Of a stretch of 64,000 nt of DNA, positions 38,116-47,933 are shown piece after piece (position 1 is the stretch's first letter; each line of letters begins with the position of its first letter). The DNA is from Nitrospirota bacterium (lineage in GTDB: Bacteria; Nitrospirota; UBA9217): the NCBI GenBank assembly GCA_963840455.1, contig CAWIYV010000011.1:320001-384000 (forward strand), read 5' to 3'. The position numbers and the translations under genes are program-made. The notes below the pieces were generated by a model that worked only from the letters and a program-made list of their open reading frames with translations, ran no database searches and was not told the DNA's origin.

Positions 38116-39021
38116 GTGGCTGACATTTCAGAGAGCGTTGCTGAGGCCATTCTCAACAACATAAGGGAGCAGCACCCGGAACATTTGCGCGCTCATGCCG
38201 CCGTGACGATCTCGTTTATCAAAGACGTGAACACGGCATGGAATTCAGCTATCGGCATTAACAGTGAAAATGATATAAGCGACCACTTTGCCAAGGCAAT
38301 ATATGAAAGGCTTGCCGAGGATGTTATAGCAAAACCCATGGAGGCTGGAACAATCGATCTTATTTGCGAATTGTACGATGAGATCGGATTCGAGCATTTT
38401 CTCAGGGAAGGTGCGGATACTGAATGCTCCACATCGTGGCAGTTCAATAACCGCGCAAATTCGAGGTCAGCATTAGGCCGTTATTTGGAAGCGCTTGAAG
38501 ACTATAACCTTGCATGTGAAATTGTGCCCAACTGCCTGATGCACCTGCTTAACCACGCGAAGACGTTCATTGCTCTCGACATGCGTGAACTGGCCATCCG
38601 GGACGCGACGCGCGCATATGCGCAAACAGAGAATAAGCAATTCGGAACTAAAGATGATTTTATGACTATAGACGATTTCGTTGAGATTGCAGGGCTGATG
38701 ATTAATTGCGGGCGTGAAGAAAAAGCGCTGGAAGCGCTCTTGAAATTTACCCTGGCGTTCAAACGTTATCTGCCTTTCTTATCCAGGATAGATGATGACG
38801 GCTTTTGTTCAATGAGTTTAGACGGCCACTCATCACAGGTTAACATAGGATTTTTCCTCGATCAGGCTCTTGCCGTATTTCATTCCATCGGAGAAGGAAA
38901 TAACTGCGTCGTCCAGACGAGGCTAGATGTACTTGCAGGGCTATTGGATTTAACAGACAAGATCGGGGATACGAACGCCTCTCCCCCGGCAGGAGCCGGG
39001 GTTTCTTACAGAATACTATGA
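38116..39021 (+). CDS. Hypothetical TPR-containing protein
   Basis: NNRA..RSALGRYLEALEDYN.A TPR-like repeat; RBS GGAGGG. Confidence 0.7.
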   Translation: MADISESVAEAILNNIREQHPEHLRAHAAVTISFIKDVNTAWNSAIGINSENDISDHFAKAIYERLAEDVIAKPMEAGTIDLICELYDEIGFEHFLREGADTECSTSWQFNNRANSRSALGRYLEALEDYNLACEIVPNCLMHLLNHAKTFIALDMRELAIRDATRAYAQTENKQFGTKDDFMTIDDFVEIAGLMINCGREEKALEALLKFTLAFKRYLPFLSRIDDDGFCSMSLDGHSSQVNIGFFLDQALAVFHSIGEGNNCVVQTRLDVLAGLLDLTDKIGDTNASPPAGAGVSYRIL

Positions 39022-39197
39022 TATGTGATACTCGTCATCTTCCACGGCAGTTCGGAATTACTTAATTCAATCTGTGCCCGGACAGATGCAAATGCTTCCT
39101 CTATGCTTTTGCCCTCACCGATAACATGTTCAGCTTCGCATGGCAAAATCAGATCATCTCTTAAATTAACATCAACTTCAAAAAATACGGTAAACAT
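39006..39197 (-). CDS. Small hypothetical protein
   Basis: 63-aa ORF with RBS GGGGGTGA, downstream of WYL box 3. Confidence 0.5.
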   Translation of the reverse strand: MFTVFFEVDVNLRDDLILPCEAEHVIGEGKSIEEAFASVRAQIELSNSELPWKMTSITYHSIL

Positions 39198-39223
39198 ATT
39201 CACCCCCACGTTTAATGCTCTCA

Positions 39224-39257
39224 AGTATATCCCCTGTCACTGACAACAGTATGGCAG
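39224..39257 (-). promoter_or_regulatory. WYL box 3 + -10 element
   Basis: CTGACA-N6-TGGCAG at 39240-39257; TATACT 10 bp downstream on the minus strand. Confidence 0.6.
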
Positions 39258-39262
39258 TAATG

Positions 39263-39291
39263 AAAAAGGGGCCTAGATGACCAGGCCCCTT
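39263..39291 (-). terminator. Intrinsic terminator
   Basis: AAGGGGCCT/AGGCCCCTT stem with a T-run on the minus strand. Confidence 0.6.
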
Positions 39292-39583
39292 CTGAATAAC
39301 CCTATATTAAAAAACAACTTTTCAACCCGCCTTTTTCGGATACGGAAGAAACTTCGCCCCACTCTCTTGAGCCCATCTAGATAATCGCCCAGCTGCCGCC
39401 GTCGTCTTTTTATGCTCTTCAAGATTCGCGGTTCGATTGTATACGTAACTTCTCGGATCGCGCACGGCATACACAGGCAGACATTCTATGTATTTGGTCG
39501 GCTAATGGCGGACTCCTTAATCGGCGGGATTTGTTGTGATCCGAAATCCGCACAAAGCGGAATGCTGAACAGGAGGGAAGAAT

Positions 39584-39691
39584 GTAACAACTTTATTCCC
39601 TGCTAACTTTCCGGAAACGCAAAAATGTAACAACTATATTCCCTCTGCAACAACTTAGTTCCCAAAGTAACAACTTTATTCCCTGCAAACA
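39584..39691 (-). mobile_element. Tn7-like end R1 (faces left)
   Basis: Minus strand TGTTTGCA followed by GGGAATAAAGTTGTTAC-like 17-mers at 39667, 39647 and 39627 (20-bp period) and 39584. Confidence 0.82.
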
Positions 39692-39697
39692 GCAAGG

Positions 39698-39844
39698 TAT
39701 CAGAAGACCATTAAGTCCTTACAAAACCAGTCCGTAACCCATTGAATTAACTATTGCCGAAAAATCATCTAAAAAACTAAAGTTCTTACATTTTCGCGCT
39801 GCATACACTAATGTTGTCAAATTCGCAGACAATTAAGTCCTTAC
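39698..39844 (+). mobile_element. Tn7-like end L2 (terminal TGT changed to TAT)
   Basis: Colinear homolog of L1, with the same 122-bp spacing between the first and last GAC(A/C)ATTAAGTC sites. Confidence 0.75.
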
Positions 39845-40094
39845 TATTTTACAGCAGAAAATTACAGTCAACACCTCGATGAGAACACAACAAGTTAAGA
39901 GTGGTATTAAAAAGTTTATCACATATTCCCCCCCATTAGCAATCGTAATTCTGGGAAGGATAATATTAGCGAGGAAATGTGACCGATACGGAGAGGGGTG
40001 GAGCTATACCGTATTGAACATGCAGAAAGCCTCAGCTTTACCTACAACTCAGCACCGGAGCTATGTTGATAATGCTGAGAAATTCTGGTTGAAA

Positions 40095-40189
40095 CATTAA
40101 CAACGCACAAGGGGGCGCAGTAGCACAGCCGCCAGAACTGAAAAAGAAGCACGGCTATTCCCGCGTCCCTCTCAATGCTGCTGTTATAC
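40095..40189 (-). other. attC-like integron recombination site
   Basis: Minus strand GTATAAC...GGGACGCG...TGCGCCCC...GTTAATG, a 95-bp imperfect palindrome 19 bp after the gene stop. Confidence 0.55.
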
Positions 40190-40208
40190 GCTGCTTGTTT
40201 TTATTACC

Positions 40209-41477
40209 TTACAGTGCAGGCATTGGCCAGCCGAAATAGTCAATCGCGTCGCGCCAGCCATTGTTTTTTATACTTTGACAAGTTAAGCCGGGTGGTGCGA
40301 TCCCCCAATGGTTGGTAACATATTTCATTTGAGTAATATTAATGCCAAGGTGCAGGTGATCATTAGCAGTATCCCTGATTATAGCCTTCGTTTTTTTATC
40401 GATTTTATAGGCTTTTCTGATTTGACCTATAGGTATATGATTCGCTACTTTAACCTCCGAGGCTACACCTGCGTTTGCTTTCAAGTCGCTTATTATGTGG
40501 CCATAGTATCCATATAGAGACTGACCATTACAGTCATGCTTTATAACCAAGAAGGCATTGAAATATTCATCATACTCATTCTTGTATTTGTTGCTGTTTG
40601 TCCAATTAAAGACAACAATACCATCGCAAATTGGATAAACATCTGTACCTTCTGGGACCATAATATCGACACCCTCATGTTCGCCATCGCCTGGATAGTT
40701 AGGATCGCACATGCGCCAATGAAATGTATAACTAACAGAATTGTCTAAAGGGAATCTTGGCTGGGTCGTGAAATAAAGCTCCTGTATTTCAGAGTCAGAC
40801 AGGGCACGGTTGTAAATTCGGACTTCATCAATGGTGGAGTTTACGTAGCCTCCCCACGTATTGGTGCCGAGGTAATTGTAATGCGTCCACTGTGGAACGC
40901 CCCCAGTATAGGGATTTGTTCCCTTTAGCTCTCCATCAATGTATATTTTGATGCCACCGGAGCCCCATGTTCCGACAAAATGATACCACTTGCCTGCAAT
41001 CGGCTGAACCCCACTGTCTGCCCAAAGCCAATTCCAAATGGATTTGTCATAGATTCCAAAAACAAGATTGTTCGAATAATAGGGGTGAACGCCAAAGTCG
41101 ATCCCTTCAAAATTCTGATTGATCGGATTCTCTGAGATGCAAAACCACATCCATCCATTACTTGGCAATGGATTAGGTACGGAATGAAAATATACCCAGG
41201 CAGACACGGCGCCATCAGCCAAATAACCCGGATGAGGTAATTCGATATAATCATCAATGCCATCGAAGGCGTAAGCCGTGTTTTCGCGGCCAGACCTATC
41301 TCCCGCTAGAGTTGCTCCATAGACAGCACCAGTGGCCCCGTGGCCGCTCTCATCATCGGCATTGCCATTAAACGGGTAATAAGCAACTAAGCCGTCGTTT
41401 AGATCAGCCGATGCTGAGCCAACCAAGAAAGAACCGACAAACAGAGCAAAAGCTATAAATATCAGGCTCTTCATCAT
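40209..41477 (-). CDS. Secreted LamG-like jellyroll + M23 peptidase protein
   Basis: Signal peptide; GLVAYYPFNGNA...IDEVRIYNRALS; HEGVD, YGH, HLH. Confidence 0.85.
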   Translation of the reverse strand: MMKSLIFIAFALFVGSFLVGSASADLNDGLVAYYPFNGNADDESGHGATGAVYGATLAGDRSGRENTAYAFDGIDDYIELPHPGYLADGAVSAWVYFHSVPNPLPSNGWMWFCISENPINQNFEGIDFGVHPYYSNNLVFGIYDKSIWNWLWADSGVQPIAGKWYHFVGTWGSGGIKIYIDGELKGTNPYTGGVPQWTHYNYLGTNTWGGYVNSTIDEVRIYNRALSDSEIQELYFTTQPRFPLDNSVSYTFHWRMCDPNYPGDGEHEGVDIMVPEGTDVYPICDGIVVFNWTNSNKYKNEYDEYFNAFLVIKHDCNGQSLYGYYGHIISDLKANAGVASEVKVANHIPIGQIRKAYKIDKKTKAIIRDTANDHLHLGINITQMKYVTNHWGIAPPGLTCQSIKNNGWRDAIDYFGWPMPAL

Positions 41478-42100
41478 AATCCTCCCGTTTTGATTCTATC
41501 CGCAAAATACTTTAATAAGCGATGAGGCTGAACATTAGAGTCGTCGTTGACCAAAATTAATACGAATGTATGCTTGAATCGTAGAGCTGTCAACAGTATT
41601 AATTGGATAGAGAACGGTGTAGTGCACGGGTTGAAAATTGATGTATTTTCATAAATGTAAATTCAATGGCTTCAGGATGAACTTATGACCATACACTTTA
41701 GTCAGAATCCTTCACTTCATTCAGAAAAATTCATATTTAGTGGCCACCTACAACTTTACCGACGCGCTCGATTGAAAGAACCGTGAAATATAAGCTGTCC
41801 TCTGCAGCATGATGAAGTCCGGCATAGCCGCAAAGACGATAAACCCGGGCAATGAGAAATGCTTATATCTTTACAACGTCGGGCATAAACTTCGCGTCAA
41901 TCTGTCCAGCGACTGCATAATATAGGAGTCTATTATATATTTTTCTGCATTAGCAATTGTAATTCCGAGAAGAACATTTTAGATGTGGAATTTGACCGAT
42001 ACGGCGAGAAGTGAACCTTAAATACTCATGCAATGCGCTGAACAGTCATTGAAATAAGAAAGGGGTTATTGTGTGCGGACAGTCAGAAGAACAAAAGAAC

Positions 42101-42204
42101 TATCGGGAAGACAATTAAGTCCTTACGAAACCAGTCCGTAACCCATCGATTTTACTATAGCCGAAAAATCACCCGAAAAGATAAGGTTCTTACATTTTCG
42201 CCCT
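42101..42204 (+). mobile_element. Truncated Tn7-like end L3
   Basis: Near copy of the first 100 bp of L2 (GACAATTAAGTCCTTAC.AAACCAGTCCGTAACCCAT). Confidence 0.7.
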
Positions 42205-42761
42205 ACAACCATCTGTCATAGCCGGCCGCCTTTGCTATGGCCAAGTGGGTCTGATCATACCAAGCATGGGCCGATTGAACTAGTCCGCTTATCAACAGAA
42301 GGAAGATAAACAAGATGGCAAGTAGTGATTTCATTAGTGGATTATATCAGGCATTCTGGCTTATGGAAAGTAGAGATATCCCCCGTTGATTTCACGATGA
42401 AAAGTTCTTTGTGTAAACTACAACTTGTGATATAGTCGTCCAATCAAAGAGTACTTCCTATACTCCTCATAGTTGCATTTCCTTGAAACATGCTCGGTTA
42501 CATTCTGTATTTGATGGAATACCATTAAAATACCCCATTGCGTTCGTTTCTATTTTGGGTTGACACACCCATTCGCCGTTACTTGACATGCCCTGATATA
42601 GGCATACATTTGCAGCACACTTAAGTGCATTAACGTTCTGCTAAAATCGTTTTATCGGCAAACTGCTGTAATTGAACTTTTTAATAGCTAGTTAGCTAGG
42701 AAGACTACTGCTCAACGTCAACCAATAGTCCGAACGGTCAAGGCTGTTTGACTTTTTATAA

Positions 42762-44651
42762 ATGGAGAAAGTGACGATGAGAAGGATTATTGTATGGGTT
42801 GTGGGTTGCTTGATGGTTGCCATTGGTCCTGTTGCGTGTGGAGGGGGCGGAGGCGGTAGTGCAAATAGTACGAGTAACTCGCCAGGATCAATCGGTCAAG
42901 CCGGAGGTATTATTTCTTCACAAAACGGAGACGCAACTCTAAGTGTACCGCCAGGAGCTTTAACTACTGCCACAAATATAACTATAGCTCAAACTGTCGA
43001 TGGTACTCCTCCTGGTACATTTATGAGCAGTTATGAAATAACTTCCACTGGCACCTTAACATTCAATACAGCCGTCACAATCAGTCTTAGATATGATTCA
43101 AGTTTAATTCCTATCGATGTTAATGAAAATGATTTGAAGTTGGCTTATGTATCTGAGGGAGAATGGATAACTATTCCAGCCTCAACAGTAGATACTAGTA
43201 ACCACATTATAATCGGAAATATGACCTATTTCCCATTGAGTAAGGTGGAAAGCGCAAAAGCCTTGCCCAACGCGGTTTCAACGACTCCATCCAAAGTAAA
43301 AGCAATTGTTGGTAGTTCTGCGCCAGCAAATTGCAGCAATCACGGCGTTATAATAATGGGATCCTTTAATTCTGTTGATGTTTACTCTAACGGCTGCATA
43401 AAATACAATTCCTACTATAACAAAGAATACAATTGCGGCAGCGGAACCTACGATTATGTCAGTGGCAGTTGTGTAAATGGAACTTTTACCGGATTGAAAT
43501 GGGAGTGTGTCGAGTATGTGAATAGATATTACCTGTCAGTTTATGGGAAAGACATAGCTTTTCCAAGGAAAGATGCGAGAGATTACTACAATACTGCACC
43601 CTCTCGAGGTCTTGTTTCCTATCCAAATGGTACTTCTGCAACTCCCCAAATAGGAGACATTTTAGTATCGGAAGGCGATGGCAAAGCAAATAATGTTGGA
43701 CATGTGGCTATTATTAAAGAGGTAGCAACCGATCATATTATTGTTGTGCATCAGAATTGGTCTAATGCTAGCAATGATTTTGCCTCAAATTATCGTATCA
43801 GTAGAAATGGTAATTTCATTAATCCATTTAGTTCAGATAATAGTTACCCGATAAAGGGTTGGGTCCGATTACAGTCAACTTATTCCATTAGTGGCACGAT
43901 CCATTCAATAAGTAATTCTGGACCTGCACTATCCGGGGCAACAGTCTCTATTGCAGGTAAGACGGTTACCACAAGCGACACTGGGACGTTCTCTATTTCC
44001 GGAATCCCAGCTGGCACGTATACATTTTCCGTCGCTAAATCAGGCTATGAGACCTACACCAACGTGACATACCCTGTTGGTTCTAATCTGACAGGCCTTA
44101 ATTTCTACCTGACTCAGACCGTTACCTATTCCATGAGCGGCACAATTCATTCAGTGAACCTCTCAGTACCGCTGCCTGGAGCAACAGTTTCGATTGCCGG
44201 TATGACCGCGACTACTAGCAGCAGCGGGACATTCTCCATTGACGGTATCCCAGCTGGCTCGTATACATTTTCCGTCGCCAAATCGGGCTATGAGACCTAC
44301 ACCAACGCAGCATACCCTGTTGGTTCTAATCTTACAGGCCTTAACTTCTACCTGTACCTGGCGCCGCCCTTCGGTTCATTAGCGATTAATTTTTCAACAT
44401 GTGCTGCCGGGTTATCATGGGACTATTCGACTATTGATCTAGCTCATCAAAGTGCCTTGCAGGCGTGTGGTATTGGTTGCATTTTAACATACGATTATGG
44501 CAAAGGTACATGTGCTGCATTTGCAGTAGGTGCTTCTGGGTGCGGAGGTTATGGTGGATGTGATACGCTCGACGAGGCGCTATCAGGCGCAATAAGTGAG
44601 TGTAACAAATATTCCACTGGATGCTATGTAACCTTGTCGGGATGCAATTAA
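42762..44651 (+). CDS. Lipoprotein: ZU5-like + CHAP + two carboxypeptidase-regulatory-like repeats + Cys-rich (DUF4189-like) domain
   Basis: Lipobox VAC; WECVEYV.RY and GHVAI CHAP motifs; DNA-level tandem repeat 43881-44111 / 44127-44354. Confidence 0.8.
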   Translation: MEKVTMRRIIVWVVGCLMVAIGPVACGGGGGGSANSTSNSPGSIGQAGGIISSQNGDATLSVPPGALTTATNITIAQTVDGTPPGTFMSSYEITSTGTLTFNTAVTISLRYDSSLIPIDVNENDLKLAYVSEGEWITIPASTVDTSNHIIIGNMTYFPLSKVESAKALPNAVSTTPSKVKAIVGSSAPANCSNHGVIIMGSFNSVDVYSNGCIKYNSYYNKEYNCGSGTYDYVSGSCVNGTFTGLKWECVEYVNRYYLSVYGKDIAFPRKDARDYYNTAPSRGLVSYPNGTSATPQIGDILVSEGDGKANNVGHVAIIKEVATDHIIVVHQNWSNASNDFASNYRISRNGNFINPFSSDNSYPIKGWVRLQSTYSISGTIHSISNSGPALSGATVSIAGKTVTTSDTGTFSISGIPAGTYTFSVAKSGYETYTNVTYPVGSNLTGLNFYLTQTVTYSMSGTIHSVNLSVPLPGATVSIAGMTATTSSSGTFSIDGIPAGSYTFSVAKSGYETYTNAAYPVGSNLTGLNFYLYLAPPFGSLAINFSTCAAGLSWDYSTIDLAHQSALQACGIGCILTYDYGKGTCAAFAVGASGCGGYGGCDTLDEALSGAISECNKYSTGCYVTLSGCN

Positions 44652-45098
44652 TCTACGAAAGAGTCGCATACTTCTTTAGATTTAATTTAATGTAATAAAA
44701 GGATTCTTTTTTCCGATTCAGTTCCTAGAATGAGTATTCTGGGAACAAAGGAGAAAAGGCATAAAAAAGTATCTGGCAGTATGGGACTTACATTCACGGT
44801 CATCGATAAGTCAGGCAAGTCTGCCACAATTGGGATCGTTTATACATATACCGGGACTTGCTTGGTCGCATCTGCAACCCCTGGCGTCAAAAGTGTTGTA
44901 AACGGACTGGAAACACTAATGCACTGATTATTACTACGATTGTTTCCTGAACTCGCCGAATAACGGATTTCTGCAGGTTTTTGCAGATATAACCGCTTAG
45001 CATTTAAAAAGGAGGAATAGACGATGATGTCAAATATGGTGTGGGCTTTGATTTGTATGATGAGCTTACATTCAAGAATCGCTTACAGGAGATCATCA

Positions 45099-45992
45099 AT
45101 GTATTTACGAGTTATAATTGTTTTACTTTTTGCGGTCTTCATTTCAGTGCCAGGGACGGCATTTGCGGCTTCTAAAGACGCAAGCAATAGCAAAGAGACG
45201 CTCGCAAAGGTCCTCTATGCATCTCGTAATAGCGATGGGAACAAATACATTTTCAATAAAGTAGAGGTTATCGAGACCGGCAAGAACCTCGGCCATGGAA
45301 CACCCATTAAGTTTAGAATGAAGGGTATACGCGGTTACACCAGTCAGCATCAAGGATCGCTCAGCCGTATGGAAGCGGAAGCACCCTTCAACGATGTCTT
45401 TGTCGTATTCTATTCGAAGGACGAGTTCGGCAAAATAGTAGCTTGCACTGAGGGAGGATTTAATTGCGTTAAGGAAGAGGACATGAAGCAACACCAGGCG
45501 CTGCTAGATAACATGAAAAAACAACATGACATCGCAAAAAAACAAGACGCACAGGGGATAGCAGAATACGTTCAGCGACAGAGAGACGAAGAGATGCAGC
45601 GTGCTAAACAAGCAAGGCTTGAGCAAATGCGAATACAAGCACAGATCCCGTCTGTAACTCTTGGAACGTATAAGTGTTACGACGATTTTAGCGGCGTGTA
45701 CAAGAATCGCGGGGAAGCTGTACTCACAGATGTGGACATTTCTTACGTGCATGTCTTTCCAGATGGAAATCCTCAACGTGTGAAAGTTATCTTTGAGTTT
45801 AGCAACATAAATAAAATGGATTATGAAGGTAATAGCGGTGTTGTGTTCGACCTCAAACGCGAAATCTGGATGCGTGATGGCGACCGCGCGTTCGGTATTA
45901 CTTTCGCAGACGCGGCCACGAGGCATCGGTTTAATGAAGATTTGGTTAAGGCCATTGTGGCTTGGAGCAATAAACATCCAGAGCTAAAGTGA
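45099..45992 (+). CDS. Secreted hypothetical protein
   Basis: Signal peptide ending AFA; coiled middle region; RBS AGGAG. Confidence 0.7.
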   Translation: MYLRVIIVLLFAVFISVPGTAFAASKDASNSKETLAKVLYASRNSDGNKYIFNKVEVIETGKNLGHGTPIKFRMKGIRGYTSQHQGSLSRMEAEAPFNDVFVVFYSKDEFGKIVACTEGGFNCVKEEDMKQHQALLDNMKKQHDIAKKQDAQGIAEYVQRQRDEEMQRAKQARLEQMRIQAQIPSVTLGTYKCYDDFSGVYKNRGEAVLTDVDISYVHVFPDGNPQRVKVIFEFSNINKMDYEGNSGVVFDLKREIWMRDGDRAFGITFADAATRHRFNEDLVKAIVAWSNKHPELK

Positions 45993-46198
45993 GACATAAT
46001 AGATAGTTAACGCAAGGCAAAGTAGAGCCGCAAATGGAAGACTTATCACGAGAAGTAAAATAGTATAAAATGCAACCAACCCGCACAAGGCATACGATGG
46101 ACAACTCTTCCGCAGTGCTTCATATCCGCGTAGGTAATCTTGGTCGAATGAATGTTTCAAGGTGAAGCATGTAATCAGAGACATAACTTTTTTTATCG

Positions 46199-47920
46199 CT
46201 ATGCCGCAAATTTGGTATTTCCATTTAAACGAACTTCTTGTCGTCGTACTCCATAAGCCTCTTTCGATTCCGAATATTTATCAAGAACCCATTTGCATTT
46301 AGGATATCTTTCATACTTGGCCAAGATCTTGAGTCCGAGACCAGCCTCTTTGATTATGGCTGTTCGAGTAGCTCGCTTATGCGGTACGGCTATTCTGATC
46401 TTTTCAGCAGCTTTAGTTAACATCCCGCTCCAGAGTCGATCACGGCTCGCCCAATCGATATAACGAGGTGGCTTCGAATTATGACTCCATCTTCTTGCTT
46501 CCGAAAATAACCATGCTCGGTCGTTTCGTAGCAACCGGATGTAAAGCCCTTTGTTTGCTCTTGCAGCCAGTTTCCGGCTTCGGTTCGGCACTTTGCTGAG
46601 AAGTTTCAGCCATTCCTTGCGCCATTGATCTATTTTCTGCTCAGTAACCCTATAGATCGGTCTTTTTGCCTGAAGCATGTTCTTGATGGCTCTGTCACGG
46701 ACACCCATCTTTTTCGCGATAGCAAGCATAGAAAGCCCGCTCCTCCGAAGCCGCCCTGCTTCTTCCTCCCAGGTAGGCCCATATTGCATGACTTTGCTTA
46801 TGACAGGCATCTGAGGATCGCTTTCGCTGACTGCCTGGAACGTGAAATGGAACCCACAGCTACACCGAGCGGATGCGACGTATTTTCGATGCTTATGGCC
46901 TATATATATTATCGGATTTTTAATCGGATATTCTTCATCATGCTTACCATAGGGATTTGGACATCTCCATGGCCCAAGGCCGAAAGGAATCTTATCGGTG
47001 ACTTTGGCGGTGACGCTTTCCAAGAAGAGTTGAACAAGTGCATGTTCCAATGGGTGGAAGGTCTTTTTGGCCGATCTGAATATGTTTCGGAACCAGCTAC
47101 CGTTATGACCAATACGGAAATCGCATTGCAAAAGTCGAAGTAATCTATGTCCAAAGTAAGCAACGAAACCCTTTTCTAGCTTTGCCAAGGATAATTGGAT
47201 CGCACCTTCTATGTATCCGTGCTCTATCGCTTCTTTGCGGTAGATTTTGGTTATTTCTTCTCCTTCCCATCCCGGTATCTGTCTCTGCAGCATATCGCGG
47301 CTTCGACGTGCTATCATCAGAGCCTTATCATGATCACTTTTATTTAAGGCTTTAGATATATTCGCCTGGAAATCTGATGTCGCGTTCGTGGCATCAATAT
47401 AATCGTCGAAGCCTTTAGGATGCATAAGCGCCGAGGTATCAATCAATTGATCACCATGCTCGGGACAAACCAAGACTCCCGGCAGTTGATGACAACGATG
47501 CCAATAAGTTTCTCCATATTTGTCGATGTCATTTCTACTGCAAATATTGCAGAAACGAAGATGGCGTGGTCCTTTAATACGATTCGTCACTATTCCTAAC
47601 TTAAGCTGAATCCCGCTACTATTGTTTGACAATAGTTTTTTTATACATAATGCTGTGTGCTTCGCCGATGTATATCTAGAAAAGTAAGGAAATAATGTGA
47701 AACTATTAAGAAGTTCTTCCCCTTTTCTATTCCATGTCATCATAGTTTTTCTGCAAATAACGCTAAGTGAACTCTGCAATAGTGTCGTAGGTCTTGCAAC
47801 GTGCCCTGTCAATTCAGCCATAACGCCCGCAAAATTACTTGACGATATTTGCATCAAGTATCGAGTAAGAATACTATAAAACAACTCATCCTCATAAGCC
47901 TCGTTCATATACATTCTCAT
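46199..47920 (-). CDS. tnsD: TnsD-family target selector, copy 2
   Basis: EDELFYS..RY, FCNIC, YWHRCHQLPG...CPEH, GPWRCPN, CSCGF, DW..RD..W. Alternative start at 47941. Confidence 0.88.
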   Translation of the reverse strand: MRMYMNEAYEDELFYSILTRYLMQISSSNFAGVMAELTGHVARPTTLLQSSLSVICRKTMMTWNRKGEELLNSFTLFPYFSRYTSAKHTALCIKKLLSNNSSGIQLKLGIVTNRIKGPRHLRFCNICSRNDIDKYGETYWHRCHQLPGVLVCPEHGDQLIDTSALMHPKGFDDYIDATNATSDFQANISKALNKSDHDKALMIARRSRDMLQRQIPGWEGEEITKIYRKEAIEHGYIEGAIQLSLAKLEKGFVAYFGHRLLRLLQCDFRIGHNGSWFRNIFRSAKKTFHPLEHALVQLFLESVTAKVTDKIPFGLGPWRCPNPYGKHDEEYPIKNPIIYIGHKHRKYVASARCSCGFHFTFQAVSESDPQMPVISKVMQYGPTWEEEAGRLRRSGLSMLAIAKKMGVRDRAIKNMLQAKRPIYRVTEQKIDQWRKEWLKLLSKVPNRSRKLAARANKGLYIRLLRNDRAWLFSEARRWSHNSKPPRYIDWASRDRLWSGMLTKAAEKIRIAVPHKRATRTAIIKEAGLGLKILAKYERYPKCKWVLDKYSESKEAYGVRRQEVRLNGNTKFAA

Positions 47921-47933
47921 TTGCCATCCCTCA

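Noticed and set aside
39273-39470. 65-aa basic ORF next to end R1
   Set aside because: The RBS-like site lacks a proper in-frame start and the ORF runs into a terminator; at best a remnant.
39584-39691. Four 17-bp direct repeats as a mini CRISPR array
   Set aside because: Gaps are 3 bp (one is 26 bp), the run ends in ACA like a transposon end, and no cas genes are present; these are TnsB-type sites.
44730-44927. 65-aa ORF between cargo genes
   Set aside because: No RBS or motif; cannot be supported.
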